Source: Methanolobus sp. (GTDB taxonomy: Archaea > Halobacteriota > Methanosarcinia > Methanosarcinales > Methanosarcinaceae). Taken from it: a stretch of 64,000 bases of DNA. The position numbers and the translations under genes are program-made. Shown in pieces: positions 63,615 to 64,000 of the stretch (position 1 is the stretch's first letter; every line of letters begins with the position of its first letter). The notes beneath the pieces were generated by a model that was not told where the DNA came from, did no database searches, and worked only from the letters and a program-made list of their open reading frames with translations. The DNA is taken from contig JASKKT010000002.1 in the NCBI GenBank assembly GCA_030154025.1, forward strand, positions 4,958 to 68,957. Direction: 5' to 3'.

Positions 63615-64000
63615 GGTTGTCCGGGTTGCAGGCAGCTTTGCTGAACGTGACCCAGAAAACACTACCTTTACCCTCGGGATTATCCTCGACCCCGTACCCT
63701 CCACCGTGCAGTTCCATAATCCGCTTTACTATCGCAAGGCCAAGACCTGTCCCTTTGACACCTTTCTTGTTGAGTCTCTTGAAACGGTTGAAGACCGAGA
63801 CCTTGTTCTCATCAGGTATGCCATCCCCACGGTCAGTGACCATGACCCTGAAGCAATCGCCCAGGTCCTGGAAAGAGATGGCTATGCTTTCGTTCTCCGG
63901 GCTGTACTTTATGGCATTTGAAAGGAGATTTGCAAACACCTCGCTCACCATGGGATTCACATCCGAATAGCATGGACCTTCCGATGACAATTCCAGCCTT
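63601..64000 (-). CDS. Histidine kinase, C-terminal HATPase_c part; the gene continues beyond the window end
   Basis: The frame stays open to position 64000. N-box FANLLSNAIKYSP, DRGDGIP, GTGLGLAIVKRIMELHGG. Confidence 0.75.
   Translation of the reverse strand, partial: RLELSSEGPCYSDVNPMVSEVFANLLSNAIKYSPENESIAISFQDLGDCFRVMVTDRGDGIPDENKVSVFNRFKRLNKKGVKGTGLGLAIVKRIMELHGGGYGVEDNPEGKGSVFWVTFSKAACNPDNPRVR

Overview
This 64-kb window looks like chromosomal DNA from a Methanosarcinales-type methanogenic archaeon, about 50% GC by eye. That reading rests on a haem-rich mmcA next to rnfC/rnfD, mfnB, DGGGP synthase, archaeal-type SAM synthetase and archaeal replication and translation genes. Coding density is high and I support about 65 genes. 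They include: the start of the Rnf operon with a divergent ApbE flavin transferase; DacZ; pelota next to an NFACT/RqcH homologue; priS-GINS; the conserved L44e-S27e-aIF2alpha-Nop10-PAC2 string extended by EndoQ; one tRNA-Ser(CGA) with a roughly 30-nt insertion outside the anticodon loop; several two-component systems; enolase; nadC/nadX/nadA; Cdc48; and an orphan MCP. I saw no rRNA, CRISPR array, transposase or integrase. The most unusual region is 22.7-39 kb. It holds three paralogous MacB/FtsX-type ABC modules, and each is operonically fused to a signal-peptide-bearing, C-terminally anchored protein built from tandem Ig-like (COG1361/CARDB-type) domains. One module is led by a Yip1-domain protein, and small membrane and wHTH genes flank the cluster. 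This module has no characterised function that I know of, and it is my best candidate for an undescribed envelope system. A second candidate is a tubulin-like (CetZ-type) GTPase paired with a low-GC, DUF11-repeat, membrane-anchored surface protein at 44.2-46.7 kb. Every call comes from reading the translations and sequence by eye, with no database search, so family assignments are recognition-based and start codons are approximate.
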